Positions 48,633 through 57,553 of a DNA stretch of 64,000 nucleotides are shown piece by piece; position 1 is the first letter of the stretch; each line of letters begins with the position of its first letter. The DNA is from an uncultured Desulfospira sp. Its GTDB lineage: Bacteria; Desulfobacterota; Desulfobacteria; Desulfobacterales; Desulfobacteraceae. The DNA lies in contig OY760175.1 of assembly GCA_963663165.1 (NCBI GenBank), positions 6,368,001 to 6,432,000 of the forward strand, in the 5' to 3' direction. Below the pieces are notes generated by a model that searched no databases, had not been told where the DNA came from, and was given only the letters and a program-made list of their open reading frames with translations. The position numbers were made by a program, and so were the translations under genes.

Positions 48633-49661
48633 TCAGTAATCATGCACAACGCAGTTTCTGCCGCTGGATTTGGCCTTGTACAAGCAGTTATCGGCCTTTG
48701 AGATCCAGGAAAAAAACGCCCTATCGGAAGTCTTTTTAACCAGACCCTGCTTCACCCCGATACTGACGGTTACAAAAATACTTTCCGGTCTTGATTTTTC
48801 CACTCCTTTCCGGATTTTTTCAGCCATCTGCGGCACAGCAGCGGGCCGGATGTCGGGAAACAGGATGACAAATTCCTCCCCGCCGTACCGGCACAGCACA
48901 TCTGATTCACGGACAACCCGCTTCAGGGATTTTGCCACGCCCTTCAGCACGGCATCCCCTTTTAGATGCCCATACCGGTCGTTAATTTTTTTAAAGTGAT
49001 CAATATCAATCATGAAGATCGCAATATTCTCCTTTCTTCGCTGGGCCAGGGAAAACAATTCCTGGGCAACAATCAGGAACCCCCGCCGGTTAAACAGACC
49101 GGTCAAGCCGTCGGTCATGGCCATATCCACCAGAACCTTATTTCTCTGCCAAAGGCTTTGCAGGGTTTCTCCCAAGAGTTCGAGCTCGGGTGTTATGTGG
49201 CCGTATTGAATGAACATATCAATGAATCGGCGCATATGGCGGTCATATGTATCTGACGGGTCCATATCTGCCGTAAAGGGTTTTAAGGCGTTAAACAGCA
49301 GTTCAAAGGTCGGATGCAGCATGTGGTATTCCAGCCGATAGGCCAGAATCAGTGCGTTTTCCATTGATTCGTTTTCTTCCCAGCGGTCTGAGAGAACCTC
49401 AATTTTTTCCAGGATGTCGGATAACGCTTTCTGGGTATCCGGCGGCGTATCAAAAACCGAAGGAAAGATGAAATCTTCAGCCTCCTGCTCGACCTTGTTC
49501 CAGAAAACGGCATGGCTTTTTTCTTCATCCGCCATAAGGATCCAGAAGTCTTTGAGCTCCCTGATCTCTTCAGCCCGGGAAAGCTTGGTATATATCTGTA
49601 TGGCCCTTTGATTAATGGCCATACACAGACGAATAATCTTCCAGGTAATGTCATCTTTCAT
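48633..49661 (-). CDS. Diguanylate cyclase with a ferritin/rubrerythrin-like N-terminus
   Basis: DGLTGLFNRR, DIDHFK, RESD I-site and GGEEF; N-terminal DEEKSH. Confidence 0.9.
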   Translation of the reverse strand: MKDDITWKIIRLCMAINQRAIQIYTKLSRAEEIRELKDFWILMADEEKSHAVFWNKVEQEAEDFIFPSVFDTPPDTQKALSDILEKIEVLSDRWEENESMENALILAYRLEYHMLHPTFELLFNALKPFTADMDPSDTYDRHMRRFIDMFIQYGHITPELELLGETLQSLWQRNKVLVDMAMTDGLTGLFNRRGFLIVAQELFSLAQRRKENIAIFMIDIDHFKKINDRYGHLKGDAVLKGVAKSLKRVVRESDVLCRYGGEEFVILFPDIRPAAVPQMAEKIRKGVEKSRPESIFVTVSIGVKQGLVKKTSDRAFFSWISKADNCLYKAKSSGRNCVVHDY

Positions 49662-49706
49662 GCGCTTGCCCCTTTCTTGGGCTTGGGGTGTTTTCAGGCC
49701 TTGAGA

Positions 49707-50744
49707 TTAATCCGGGCTCTGGCGCGGGGAAAGCGATTTCACCCCCAGGGTCTCGATGAGCCGGTTGATATCCGTTGTTTTAAGGTTCATTCCCCCCTCA
49801 GACACCGGAAGCAGAATAATGCGCTTGCCTTCAAGGGCCTGTGCAATTTCCAGTTTCACGATGGTTTCACCGCCGGAACCGGCCAGGGCATTGTTCATCT
49901 CCCGGATGCCCTTGGCTTCGGCAATACCTTCCGCCTCAATGGCCCTGGCCAGAAGCTGCTGCTGCTCCAGGTAGACATCTGCCTCGATTTTATCCTTTTG
50001 ATACTGGCCGTCGGCATTGGCCACCATCTTGTTGACTTCCCCCCGGGCCTCTTCAAGTTTTCGTTTGTACTCTTCAAGGGCGGCGTGCTGGGCGGATTTG
50101 TTCTTTTCCACCTGCTGGTCCGCCACTTTTTTATCTTCAATGGCCTTGGTGTACTCGGCATTGAATCGGTAGTCGTTGGTCAGCACCTTTTCGATGACAA
50201 TGCCCATGGGGCCAAGGATTTTATCCAAGGCGGCCTTGGCCTTTGCAGACTGGGTCTCTCTTGACTCGGCCACATAAAAGGCTTCGGTTTTCAGCTCTCC
50301 GAAGATATCCCTGGGCTTGCTTCTGGCCACGGTCCTGACAATGGTTTCCCTCAGGATGGCATCGTTCGGGGCTACATACTGGAGAATGTAAGGGGCTTTT
50401 GAGGCGTCAATCCTGTAGGCAATGATCACATCCAGGCTGATGTCGTTGCCGTCAGTGGTTTTAAACAGCAGGTCATCCTGGGATCTGCGGTCTCCCCGGG
50501 CTTTTGAAAAGGTCATTTCCAGATTCTGCAGCTTGGTATCAAAGACATGCCAGTCATTGATAAAGGGCATGAAAAAATAGGTTGAGCCCTGGGCATAGAC
50601 ATGGTCTTCCACCCCTTTGGGATCAAAGAGGCCGATTTTCCGGGTCCGGACACCGACTTGGGTTTCCCCTGTGGTATGGGGCATACAACCTGTGGACCAA
50701 ACCACTGCTGTCATCAGGATTACAACTAGGATAAACCGTTTCAT
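49707..50744 (-). CDS. SPFH/prohibitin-domain protein, possible lipoprotein
   Basis: N-terminal hydrophobic segment with STGC; KTTDGNDISLDVIIAYRID; coiled-coil AIEDKKVADQ. Confidence 0.85.
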   Translation of the reverse strand: MKRFILVVILMTAVVWSTGCMPHTTGETQVGVRTRKIGLFDPKGVEDHVYAQGSTYFFMPFINDWHVFDTKLQNLEMTFSKARGDRRSQDDLLFKTTDGNDISLDVIIAYRIDASKAPYILQYVAPNDAILRETIVRTVARSKPRDIFGELKTEAFYVAESRETQSAKAKAALDKILGPMGIVIEKVLTNDYRFNAEYTKAIEDKKVADQQVEKNKSAQHAALEEYKRKLEEARGEVNKMVANADGQYQKDKIEADVYLEQQQLLARAIEAEGIAEAKGIREMNNALAGSGGETIVKLEIAQALEGKRIILLPVSEGGMNLKTTDINRLIETLGVKSLSPRQSPD

Positions 50745-51853
50745 TTGGCACCTCCCTGGCGGACATCAAACAAGTTCAAAGTATTGTTCAGATCCAGCGG
50801 GTTGACCCCATGGGCACCGTCGCTGGGCAGGATAATCAGGTCAAGGCCCTCATAGGCCCGGGCCATCTTCAGCCCCACCATACGGTCGGACCCGACGCCC
50901 CTTAATGCCTCATTTTTCAGGCGCACCCGCTCGGCTTCAGACAGTTTCACCAGAAGATCGGCCTGGGCTTTTATTTTACGGACATAGAGGTCTTTTTCTG
51001 CGATTTTACGGGTCACATAGGCTTTGCCTTTTTCCATCTCAACCGCAGCGATGACCATGCCCTCCTGGACAATCTTCTTCAACTGGGCCTCTTCCCTGGC
51101 TGCCCGGGCCGCGGCCTGGTTGGTAAAAACCATCTGATCCTGAAGTTTTTTGGCTTCAATGTTTTTCTGGATTTCAGGACTGTATCGAAAATACCGGACC
51201 AGCACCTGATCCACCTCAATGCCCTTGGCGTTGAGTTCCCGGTTGAGATTGGCTTTGGCCTCCTCCGCCTTTTTGACCCGCATGGGGCTGTTGTAAAACT
51301 CTTCGGTGGTCAGTTTGCCCAGGGTCTCTTTCAGGGCCGGCTCGGCCTTGGGGATAATGCCGTTATCTTCGTACAGCTTGCCCGGACCGATGGTGGTAAA
51401 TACCAGGTAGGGGTCCTTGATGTGGTAGAGCATGGACACATCCACATCCACAAAAAAACCATCCGAGGTCTGGATATGGGCGGCCCGGTCTTTTCTGGCA
51501 CCGTTGGCCGCTGTTTCCGGAAAATTGGTCAGCTCCAGCACCTGGATGCCCTTGGGAAGGCGGTACATCTTCTGCAGACCAAAGGGCAGAACAAAGGTGA
51601 GCCCGGCATGGTACACCTGCCTTTGAACGCCGCGGGTCATCCCCACCCGGATCACCTTGATGCCGTATTCATTCGGTTCCACATAAACGAATAAATAGGC
51701 ATAACTAAAGTATAAAATCGCGGCCAGTATCAGCAGGGCTTGAAATCCTCTACCCAGCCTCATGTCCAGTCTCATATCCGGGGAAGAGCCGGATAATCGT
51801 TTCTTGATCCGGTTTAGATAGTCGTTAAATTGATTTGTCGGATGATCGGTCAC
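50741..51853 (-). CDS. SPFH/band 7-domain membrane protein
   Basis: TM segment, VEPNEYG, QTSDGFFVDVDVSMLY and a coiled-coil tail. Confidence 0.85.
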   Translation of the reverse strand: MTDHPTNQFNDYLNRIKKRLSGSSPDMRLDMRLGRGFQALLILAAILYFSYAYLFVYVEPNEYGIKVIRVGMTRGVQRQVYHAGLTFVLPFGLQKMYRLPKGIQVLELTNFPETAANGARKDRAAHIQTSDGFFVDVDVSMLYHIKDPYLVFTTIGPGKLYEDNGIIPKAEPALKETLGKLTTEEFYNSPMRVKKAEEAKANLNRELNAKGIEVDQVLVRYFRYSPEIQKNIEAKKLQDQMVFTNQAAARAAREEAQLKKIVQEGMVIAAVEMEKGKAYVTRKIAEKDLYVRKIKAQADLLVKLSEAERVRLKNEALRGVGSDRMVGLKMARAYEGLDLIILPSDGAHGVNPLDLNNTLNLFDVRQGGAK

Positions 51854-51899
51854 AGGTCAGCTCCTTTACGAGATGCCATCCATATGGAGAGCATGCATG

Positions 51900-53378
51900 T
51901 TAATAGATATAGCGTTCACAAATTTTCCGGTAATGATACCCGTATATGGACAAGGTCACGGCCACAGAGATCAGCCTGGGTCTTCGAACAAGGGTCCAGA
52001 GGATCAGATGCCAATAGCAGAACCGCTCTTTTCCCAGGATACCCAGCCTGAAACTCGCCCTGAAAAAAGAGAGAAACCGCTGCAAGTCCAGGGGTGCAAA
52101 CACCTCAGGGGGCGTGAGGGCCCGCAACTGGGTCCTGACCCGCCGGTAATAATTTGCCGGGGAATATATCTGCTCCATGATCCGTTGATACCCCTTTGAC
52201 AGTGCCTCCATCCCCATCCGGGGCAGAATATTGGTGGTGCCGTCCACATTATCGCCGGTAAAGGGCCTGACCACCCGACTGAGGCGCTGAAGCCTGTCAA
52301 ACAGGCGGGTTCCGGGCGGTGCCTGAAGCATCCCCACCATGGCCATGACGATCCCGCTGTGCTGTATAAAATCGATCTGGCGCTGGAAAATCGAGGGAGG
52401 GTCACTGTCAAATCCCACGATAAACCCGCCCATCACCTGCAGGCCGCTTTTGTGGATGATGGCCACACTTTCAAGCAGATCCCTGTTTTTATTCTGGACT
52501 TTATGACATTCGCTCAAGGCGGTTTCATCCGGAGACTCGATACCGATGAACACGGAGTCAAATCCGGCTTTAACCATCAAAGAGAGCAGTTCCGGATCAT
52601 CGGCAAGGTTGATGGAGGATTCTGTAAAAAAGACGCATCCTTTTTTATCCCGGCGCCATTGGATCAGGGCAGGAAGCAGACGGTTCTTCAGGAACCGGGT
52701 GTTGCCGATAAAATTATCATCCACAAAAAAGACACTGCTGCGCCAGCCAAGATCATAGATACGGTCCAGTTCCCCAATGATCTGTTCGGGTGTTTTCAGC
52801 CGGGGCCGGTGTCCGAACAGAGCGGTGACATTGCAAAAATCGCAGTTAAAGGGACAGCCCCTGGAGAACTGGATGCTCAAGGCGGCATATTGTTTTACCT
52901 TCAGCAGATGCCACAGGGGAACCGGTGTCTCACCAAGGTCACTGAACCCTTTTGCCCGATAGATCTTTTTTGCCTGCCCCTTCTTTAGATCGGATAAAAA
53001 CAGGGGCAGTGTCAGTTCTGCTTCATCCAGCACCAGGTGATCGACGGCCCCGAATTGCTCCGGTTCGGCCGTAAAAAGAGGCCCCCCGCAGACAAGAGTC
53101 ACCGGCAAGGCGTTGCACCGGTCAATAATCCGGCAGGCAGATTCGCGCTGAACCGTCATGCCGCCCATAAAGACCATGTCTGCCCATGAAAGGTCGTTGT
53201 CGCTCAAGCGCTCCACATTGGTATCCACAAGTCTTTTAGACCATTGTTGAGGCAGCAGCGCAGCCACTGTCAAAAGGCCCAAAGGGGGGAACGCGGCTTT
53301 TTTACCGATGAAACCCACCGCATGATTAAACGACCAGAAGGTGTCCGGAAATTTAGGATAAATCAGAAGTATATTCAT
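51900..53378 (-). CDS. B12-binding radical SAM protein (DUF4070/HpnP-like)
   Basis: YPKFPDTFWSF, PPLGLLTVAA, RGCPFNCDFC and GFIVGFD. Confidence 0.9.
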   Translation of the reverse strand: MNILLIYPKFPDTFWSFNHAVGFIGKKAAFPPLGLLTVAALLPQQWSKRLVDTNVERLSDNDLSWADMVFMGGMTVQRESACRIIDRCNALPVTLVCGGPLFTAEPEQFGAVDHLVLDEAELTLPLFLSDLKKGQAKKIYRAKGFSDLGETPVPLWHLLKVKQYAALSIQFSRGCPFNCDFCNVTALFGHRPRLKTPEQIIGELDRIYDLGWRSSVFFVDDNFIGNTRFLKNRLLPALIQWRRDKKGCVFFTESSINLADDPELLSLMVKAGFDSVFIGIESPDETALSECHKVQNKNRDLLESVAIIHKSGLQVMGGFIVGFDSDPPSIFQRQIDFIQHSGIVMAMVGMLQAPPGTRLFDRLQRLSRVVRPFTGDNVDGTTNILPRMGMEALSKGYQRIMEQIYSPANYYRRVRTQLRALTPPEVFAPLDLQRFLSFFRASFRLGILGKERFCYWHLILWTLVRRPRLISVAVTLSIYGYHYRKICERYIY

Positions 53379-53398
53379 TTGGGTATTCCTTTATGCCA

Positions 53399-53728
53399 TC
53401 AGCCTTTTTTCAGCCGGAGCGCCCGGACGGCATCCATCCCCCCGGTTCGGGACACGGTATGAATTCGAATCCGGGGCGGTTCGGATAAGAGAGTTTTTGT
53501 ACCCAGAAGCACATCGAACGGCTGGGATCGGATGTGATTGTTCATCTCGTTACGGGTTTCCCATTCTTCAAGCAGTATGAACCGGTTCTCCTCCTCAATG
53601 TCACAAAAGGCGGCGCAGCTTCTGCAGCCGGGTTCCTTTCTCAACGGTTCCATCAGGGAGAGAAGGGTTTGCAGCACTTCCAGATGTTTTTCCGGATGTA
53701 CGTTGAAGGTCATTGTGACAATCATCAT
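53399..53728 (-). CDS. Antibiotic-biosynthesis-monooxygenase (ABM) domain protein
   Basis: RKEPGC, LLEEWET and HIRS; GAGG RBS. Confidence 0.82.
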   Translation of the reverse strand: MMIVTMTFNVHPEKHLEVLQTLLSLMEPLRKEPGCRSCAAFCDIEEENRFILLEEWETRNEMNNHIRSQPFDVLLGTKTLLSEPPRIRIHTVSRTGGMDAVRALRLKKG

Positions 53729-53814
53729 TTGGATCACCTCTTAAACTCATGCCGGCAAATTAACCGGGAACCGTTAACCCTTCTGGGCCGAGCGCCAAAA
53801 CGCTTGCCAGAAGG

Positions 53815-53913
53815 TTACTTTAGTTTTTTTTGTCTGCGTTTCTCCTTTGGTGTCAACTTGGCTTTTTTCTGCTCTTCACGCCTGCCTTTGTCTCGTTTTC
53901 CCTTGTCGCCCAT
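53815..53913 (-). CDS. 32-aa highly basic small protein (not in the ORF track)
   Basis: MGDKGKRDKGRREEQKKAKLTPKEKRRQKKLK*; GAGG RBS; first ORF after the sigma-54 promoter. Confidence 0.7.
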   Translation of the reverse strand: MGDKGKRDKGRREEQKKAKLTPKEKRRQKKLK

Positions 53914-54012
53914 AAATGCCTCTTGAGATTAAAATTTCTGGTTTATTTTTCCATTGCCCGTTTTTCCGCTTTTTCTGCTTTTCCGCGGGCGGGGGTGTTG
54001 TAACCTGATAGG

Positions 54013-54027
54013 GCAATCATTGTGCCA
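54013..54027 (-). promoter_or_regulatory. Sigma-54 (-24/-12) promoter
   Basis: Minus strand TGGCAC-AATGA-TTGC with canonical GG-N10-GC spacing. Confidence 0.85.
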
Positions 54028-54126
54028 GGGGACGGGTCGGGGAATTTATTCTTTGATGATGCTGAATTTTAAGGGGAAACACCCAAAGGAGGGGGGGGGG
54101 TAAGGACGCCGGAGGGCCTCAAAAGC

Positions 54127-54158
54127 GGTCGTATTTGTCCAATGGGTCATATGGGACC
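54127..54158. promoter_or_regulatory. Candidate sigma-54 activator binding site (14-4-14), copy 2
   Basis: GGTCGTATTTGTCC-AATG-GGTCATATGGGACC, 100 bp from the -24 box. Confidence 0.65.
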
Positions 54159-54228
54159 TTTTTAATGTCCCCTTTTGAGGATCAGGTGCATGGCTGCAAA
54201 AGGATCGGCCACAACAAAAATACGCCCA

Positions 54229-55728
54229 TTAAGAATCAAAGGGAAGGCGTTCAGGGGGAACGATGGAAAGTTTACGCATGCGGGCACGCAATGTACTGCG
54301 GTTTAAACCCAGAATCTGGGCCGCACTGTTCTTACCGCTGACTTTCCAGCGGGTCTGTTCGAGCACGCGGATGATATAATCGCGTTCAACCGCCTCCAGG
54401 GTTTTAAAGTCTTTGGTCAAATGCCTGTAGGATTTTTCCAGATCATCCGCCAGATGGAGTTTGGCGCTTGATGAATTGATCACTGCCCGTTCAAGAACAT
54501 TTTCCAGCTCCCGGACGTTTCCCGGCCAGTGATAGTTTGAAAGGGCATTCATCACGGCTTGAGGAACCACCTTGATCTGCTTTCCCAGTCTCCGGGAGAT
54601 TTTCTTTATATAAAAATCAGCCAGAAGGGGGATATCCTCATTTCTTTCCCGCAGCGGCGGCATGGTAATGGGAAAGACATTGAGCCGGTACCACAGATCT
54701 TCCCTGAAACGCCCTTTTTCAATTTCCTGCTCAAGATTCCGGTTTGTCGCGGCAATGATCCGGACATCCACCTTGGTGGTACGAGAACTGCCCAGCCGCT
54801 CGAATTCACCGTCCTGAATGACCCTGAGCAACTTTGATTGCAATTCCAGAGGCATCTCTCCGATTTCGTCCAGAAACAGGGTGGCTTTGTCAGCAATCTC
54901 AAATCGTCCTTTGTGGCTGCGGTCGGCACCGGTAAACGCGCCTCTTTCATGACCGAAAAGCTCGCTCTCTATAAGATTTGAGGGCAATGCCGCACAATTG
55001 ACTTTGACCAGTGCCCGGTTTTTCCGGCTGCTGTTGCTGTGAATTGCCCGGGCCACAAGCTCTTTACCTGTGCCAGTCTCACCGAGAACCATAACCGTTG
55101 TGTTGCTGTCTGCAATCTGCTCAACTTTGAAGAGCACATATTTAAGCCCGTCACTTTTGCCGATAATGTTCTCGTGATTATGTTCCAGCTTGATCTCGTC
55201 TTTAAGATACGCCCGTTCATCTTCAAGTTGCTTTTTCAGTACTTCAATTTCTTTTAAAGATTTCTCGGCAATTTGTTTTTCCTGTTCGGTTTTCTTTTTT
55301 TCAAGAACAAGCTGTCGGGTCCTTTTTTTTACAATATCCTCAAGATTGCGCTTGTAATGCTCTTTTTCGGTCACATCCTCAATGGCCAGCAGAATCAACT
55401 CCAGTTTTTTAAAATCGTTATAGATTCTTCTGGCATTCAGATGCATGATTTTAGGCCCGATGCCATCAAAGGAATGCTCCACTTCAAAATCATTGAACAC
55501 GGTGTTTTCAGGGAGGATCTTCTCAAGCAATTCTCTGAGTCTTGGGATATTCCACTGCCCGTTGCCAAGATCATAAATTAAAACGCCCTCTGTCTCTTCC
55601 TGTTTGGTACAAAAGGCCATGTAGAACGCATGATTTGCTTTGACAATTTTTAAATCGGCATCAAGAACCACGAGCGGCTCACGCACTGAACTGAGAATAT
55701 CAGTGAAAATGTCTAAAAAATTTTGCAT
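54229..55728 (-). CDS. PAS-domain sigma-54-dependent transcriptional activator
   Basis: N-terminal PAS domain and coiled coil, [22 protein letters not shown] and a Fis-type HTH. Confidence 0.95.
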   Translation of the reverse strand: MQNFLDIFTDILSSVREPLVVLDADLKIVKANHAFYMAFCTKQEETEGVLIYDLGNGQWNIPRLRELLEKILPENTVFNDFEVEHSFDGIGPKIMHLNARRIYNDFKKLELILLAIEDVTEKEHYKRNLEDIVKKRTRQLVLEKKKTEQEKQIAEKSLKEIEVLKKQLEDERAYLKDEIKLEHNHENIIGKSDGLKYVLFKVEQIADSNTTVMVLGETGTGKELVARAIHSNSSRKNRALVKVNCAALPSNLIESELFGHERGAFTGADRSHKGRFEIADKATLFLDEIGEMPLELQSKLLRVIQDGEFERLGSSRTTKVDVRIIAATNRNLEQEIEKGRFREDLWYRLNVFPITMPPLRERNEDIPLLADFYIKKISRRLGKQIKVVPQAVMNALSNYHWPGNVRELENVLERAVINSSSAKLHLADDLEKSYRHLTKDFKTLEAVERDYIIRVLEQTRWKVSGKNSAAQILGLNRSTLRARMRKLSIVPPERLPFDS

Positions 55729-55856
55729 ATATGAATCCTAACATGTTTAGACTGCAATACATCTAATAGGATATTATTTAAATATTGTCAAAGTCTGAGC
55801 CACTGTATTGGTTCTGATTGCTGTATGAAGTACCCAGGCGGCGAATAATGATTTAA

Positions 55857-56110
55857 GGGCACCTCGAATAATCCGGTGCTGAATTAAATTTTTGAAAAAT
55901 TATGGAATCCACGAATAAAATTCATTTCCATGCCATAAGTCTGGCTGCGAACATCTCCCACAAAAAGATAGTCAGAGGGATTGAACGACCTTGGCCGTCC
56001 ATTATCCCGTCAGACTCCATTACGGACCAATGTTTTATATCGAGTCATGTTGTAAGCCAGGCTTCGGAGGCCGATTTTCGCCTTAGCTCTCGCAAGGCCT
56101 ATTGTTCTTT
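55857..56110 (-). mobile_element. IS5-family remnant (transposase C-terminus plus right end)
   Basis: Minus strand 56108-56010 reads RTIGLARAKAKIGLRSLAYNMTRY...*; terminal TTATTCGAGGTGCCC followed by TTAA. Confidence 0.8.
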
Positions 56111-56173
56111 GTTATTGGTGCCCCGGATGACCTGGATCCAAAAATCTGGCAGGTCAATCTAAAAAGCTGAGGT

Positions 56174-56236
56174 GAGGACTACCCTTCAGTCAGACTCCTT
56201 TTTATTGTCCAGCGACAACCCCAGACTATCCCTGTA
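56174..56236 (-). repeat. Bipartite 63-bp motif, copy 2
   Basis: GAGGACTAC-N35-ACCCCAGACTATCCCTGTA. Confidence 0.75.
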
Positions 56237-56272
56237 AATCATGTTGTTTAGATTCTTGCTTGTTGACTTATT

Positions 56273-56764
56273 TTAATCTGCGGGGTGCCGACCGGGTCTT
56301 TCTGGATGTTGTTGAATTTTATGGGGAAGTGAACTCTTTTTTTGCCTTTTTCTAACAGTATTCACAACACTCGAACTTCTGATGAGTTGTTCTGCAGAAT
56401 CCACAAAAAAAGCAGACCTGGAAATCCCCCTGGCTTTTGCAGCCCTGTCAATCTTGATAAGTTTATACTCAGGCACCGTGATATTTATCCTCTGGGTCTT
56501 GGGGGCTATGAAGGCAAAATCAATATCAGAAAGATACAAGAAACTATCTCTGGTATACAGATCTGAAGCTAAAAGGTCATCCATTTTAGAGGGGCTCGGG
56601 GGTTCAGATATGTCTTCTCCGTTATAATATAATTCTACCGCTTCTTGTATGTTAAGGATGGCTTCCTCCTGGGTATCACCATATGCAAAACATCCCGGAA
56701 TATCAGGTATAGTCACCCCGTAACCGGTGTCATCATCCTTATGAATAATTACCGGATATTTCAT
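56273..56764 (-). CDS. hicB: HicB family antitoxin
   Basis: YGVTIPDIPGCFAYGDTQEEA; ribbon-helix-helix RINIT...SRSAFF. Confidence 0.93.
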   Translation of the reverse strand: MKYPVIIHKDDDTGYGVTIPDIPGCFAYGDTQEEAILNIQEAVELYYNGEDISEPPSPSKMDDLLASDLYTRDSFLYLSDIDFAFIAPKTQRINITVPEYKLIKIDRAAKARGISRSAFFVDSAEQLIRSSSVVNTVRKRQKKSSLPHKIQQHPERPGRHPAD

Positions 56765-56765
56765 C

Positions 56766-56954
56766 TCACTTTCTCCATTTTAATCCTGCCATTCTATAAA
56801 TATTTCTGGCTGTCCCAATAGGCAGGTCTTTTTGGGGATGAGGTACAATTACAATTTTACCATTTTCATGCTTGAATTTGTGATGATCACCAGACACTTT
56901 AACCAATACGAATCCAGCATTTTTAAGTTCTTTTATGATCTGCCTACTGTTCAT
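56766..56954 (-). CDS. hicA: HicA family toxin
   Basis: LKNAGF...SGDHHKFKH...VPHPQKDLPIGT. Confidence 0.93.
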   Translation of the reverse strand: MNSRQIIKELKNAGFVLVKVSGDHHKFKHENGKIVIVPHPQKDLPIGTARNIYRMAGLKWRK

Positions 56955-57104
56955 ATTTATAAATACACACTATACACACAAAAATCAACTGGTAGGTATT
57001 GATAAAAAAAGTGTTGGGGTTGTATGCTCATTTTAAACAGGCGTGGCTGGCATTTTTGTTACCTCTTTATTCAATTTTCCAGAATTGAATAACAATTGAA
57101 TAGC

Positions 57105-57167
57105 GAGGACTACTATCAAGCTGTGGATCGCTTTTCAGGCGAATGGTCACCCCGGACTATCCCTGTA
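57105..57167 (-). repeat. Bipartite 63-bp motif, copy 3
   Basis: GAGGACTAC-N35-ACCCCGGACTATCCCTGTA. Confidence 0.75.
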
Positions 57168-57474
57168 CGTCCACACTTTTTAAATCATCAAACCAGCGAG
57201 CAATATAACGTGTATCACGGGGTCTCCGGTTCCTACCAATTCAACTTTTTTAGCAGACCACAATAATGGTATTTATGTTCGTCCAAGCCCTATGACCGCA
57301 AATGACGGTTGGTATTTATTTTGCATCTGCTGGACAAAACAGCGTTGAGATTTTTACCGTTAATTCAGTATCCCTTATCATTTTTTTGATCCCCGGGAAT
57401 ACAGGGTGATCGCATGTAACTTGTCTGCCGGTGATGCCAATTGGGGTGATAAGGATAATAATGTATATTGTTGA

Positions 57475-57553
57475 GACTTGGGATATGGGATATGGGACTT
57501 GGGGAGGCCGTGGATGCCACAATCCCCAGGTCCCATATCCCAAGTCCCAAGTC
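57475..57553. repeat. Heptamer (GGGAYWT) inverted tandem repeat forming a long hairpin
   Basis: GACTTGGGATATGGGATATGGGACTTGGGGA ... TCCCCAGGTCCCATATCCCAAGTCCCAAGTC. Confidence 0.85.

Noticed and set aside
56174..57167. 63-bp motifs as a CRISPR-like repeat-spacer array
   Set aside because: The 35-bp variable core is spacer-sized, but the two flanks differ from each other, the copies are not tandem and no cas genes are present. Kept instead as candidate recombination sites.
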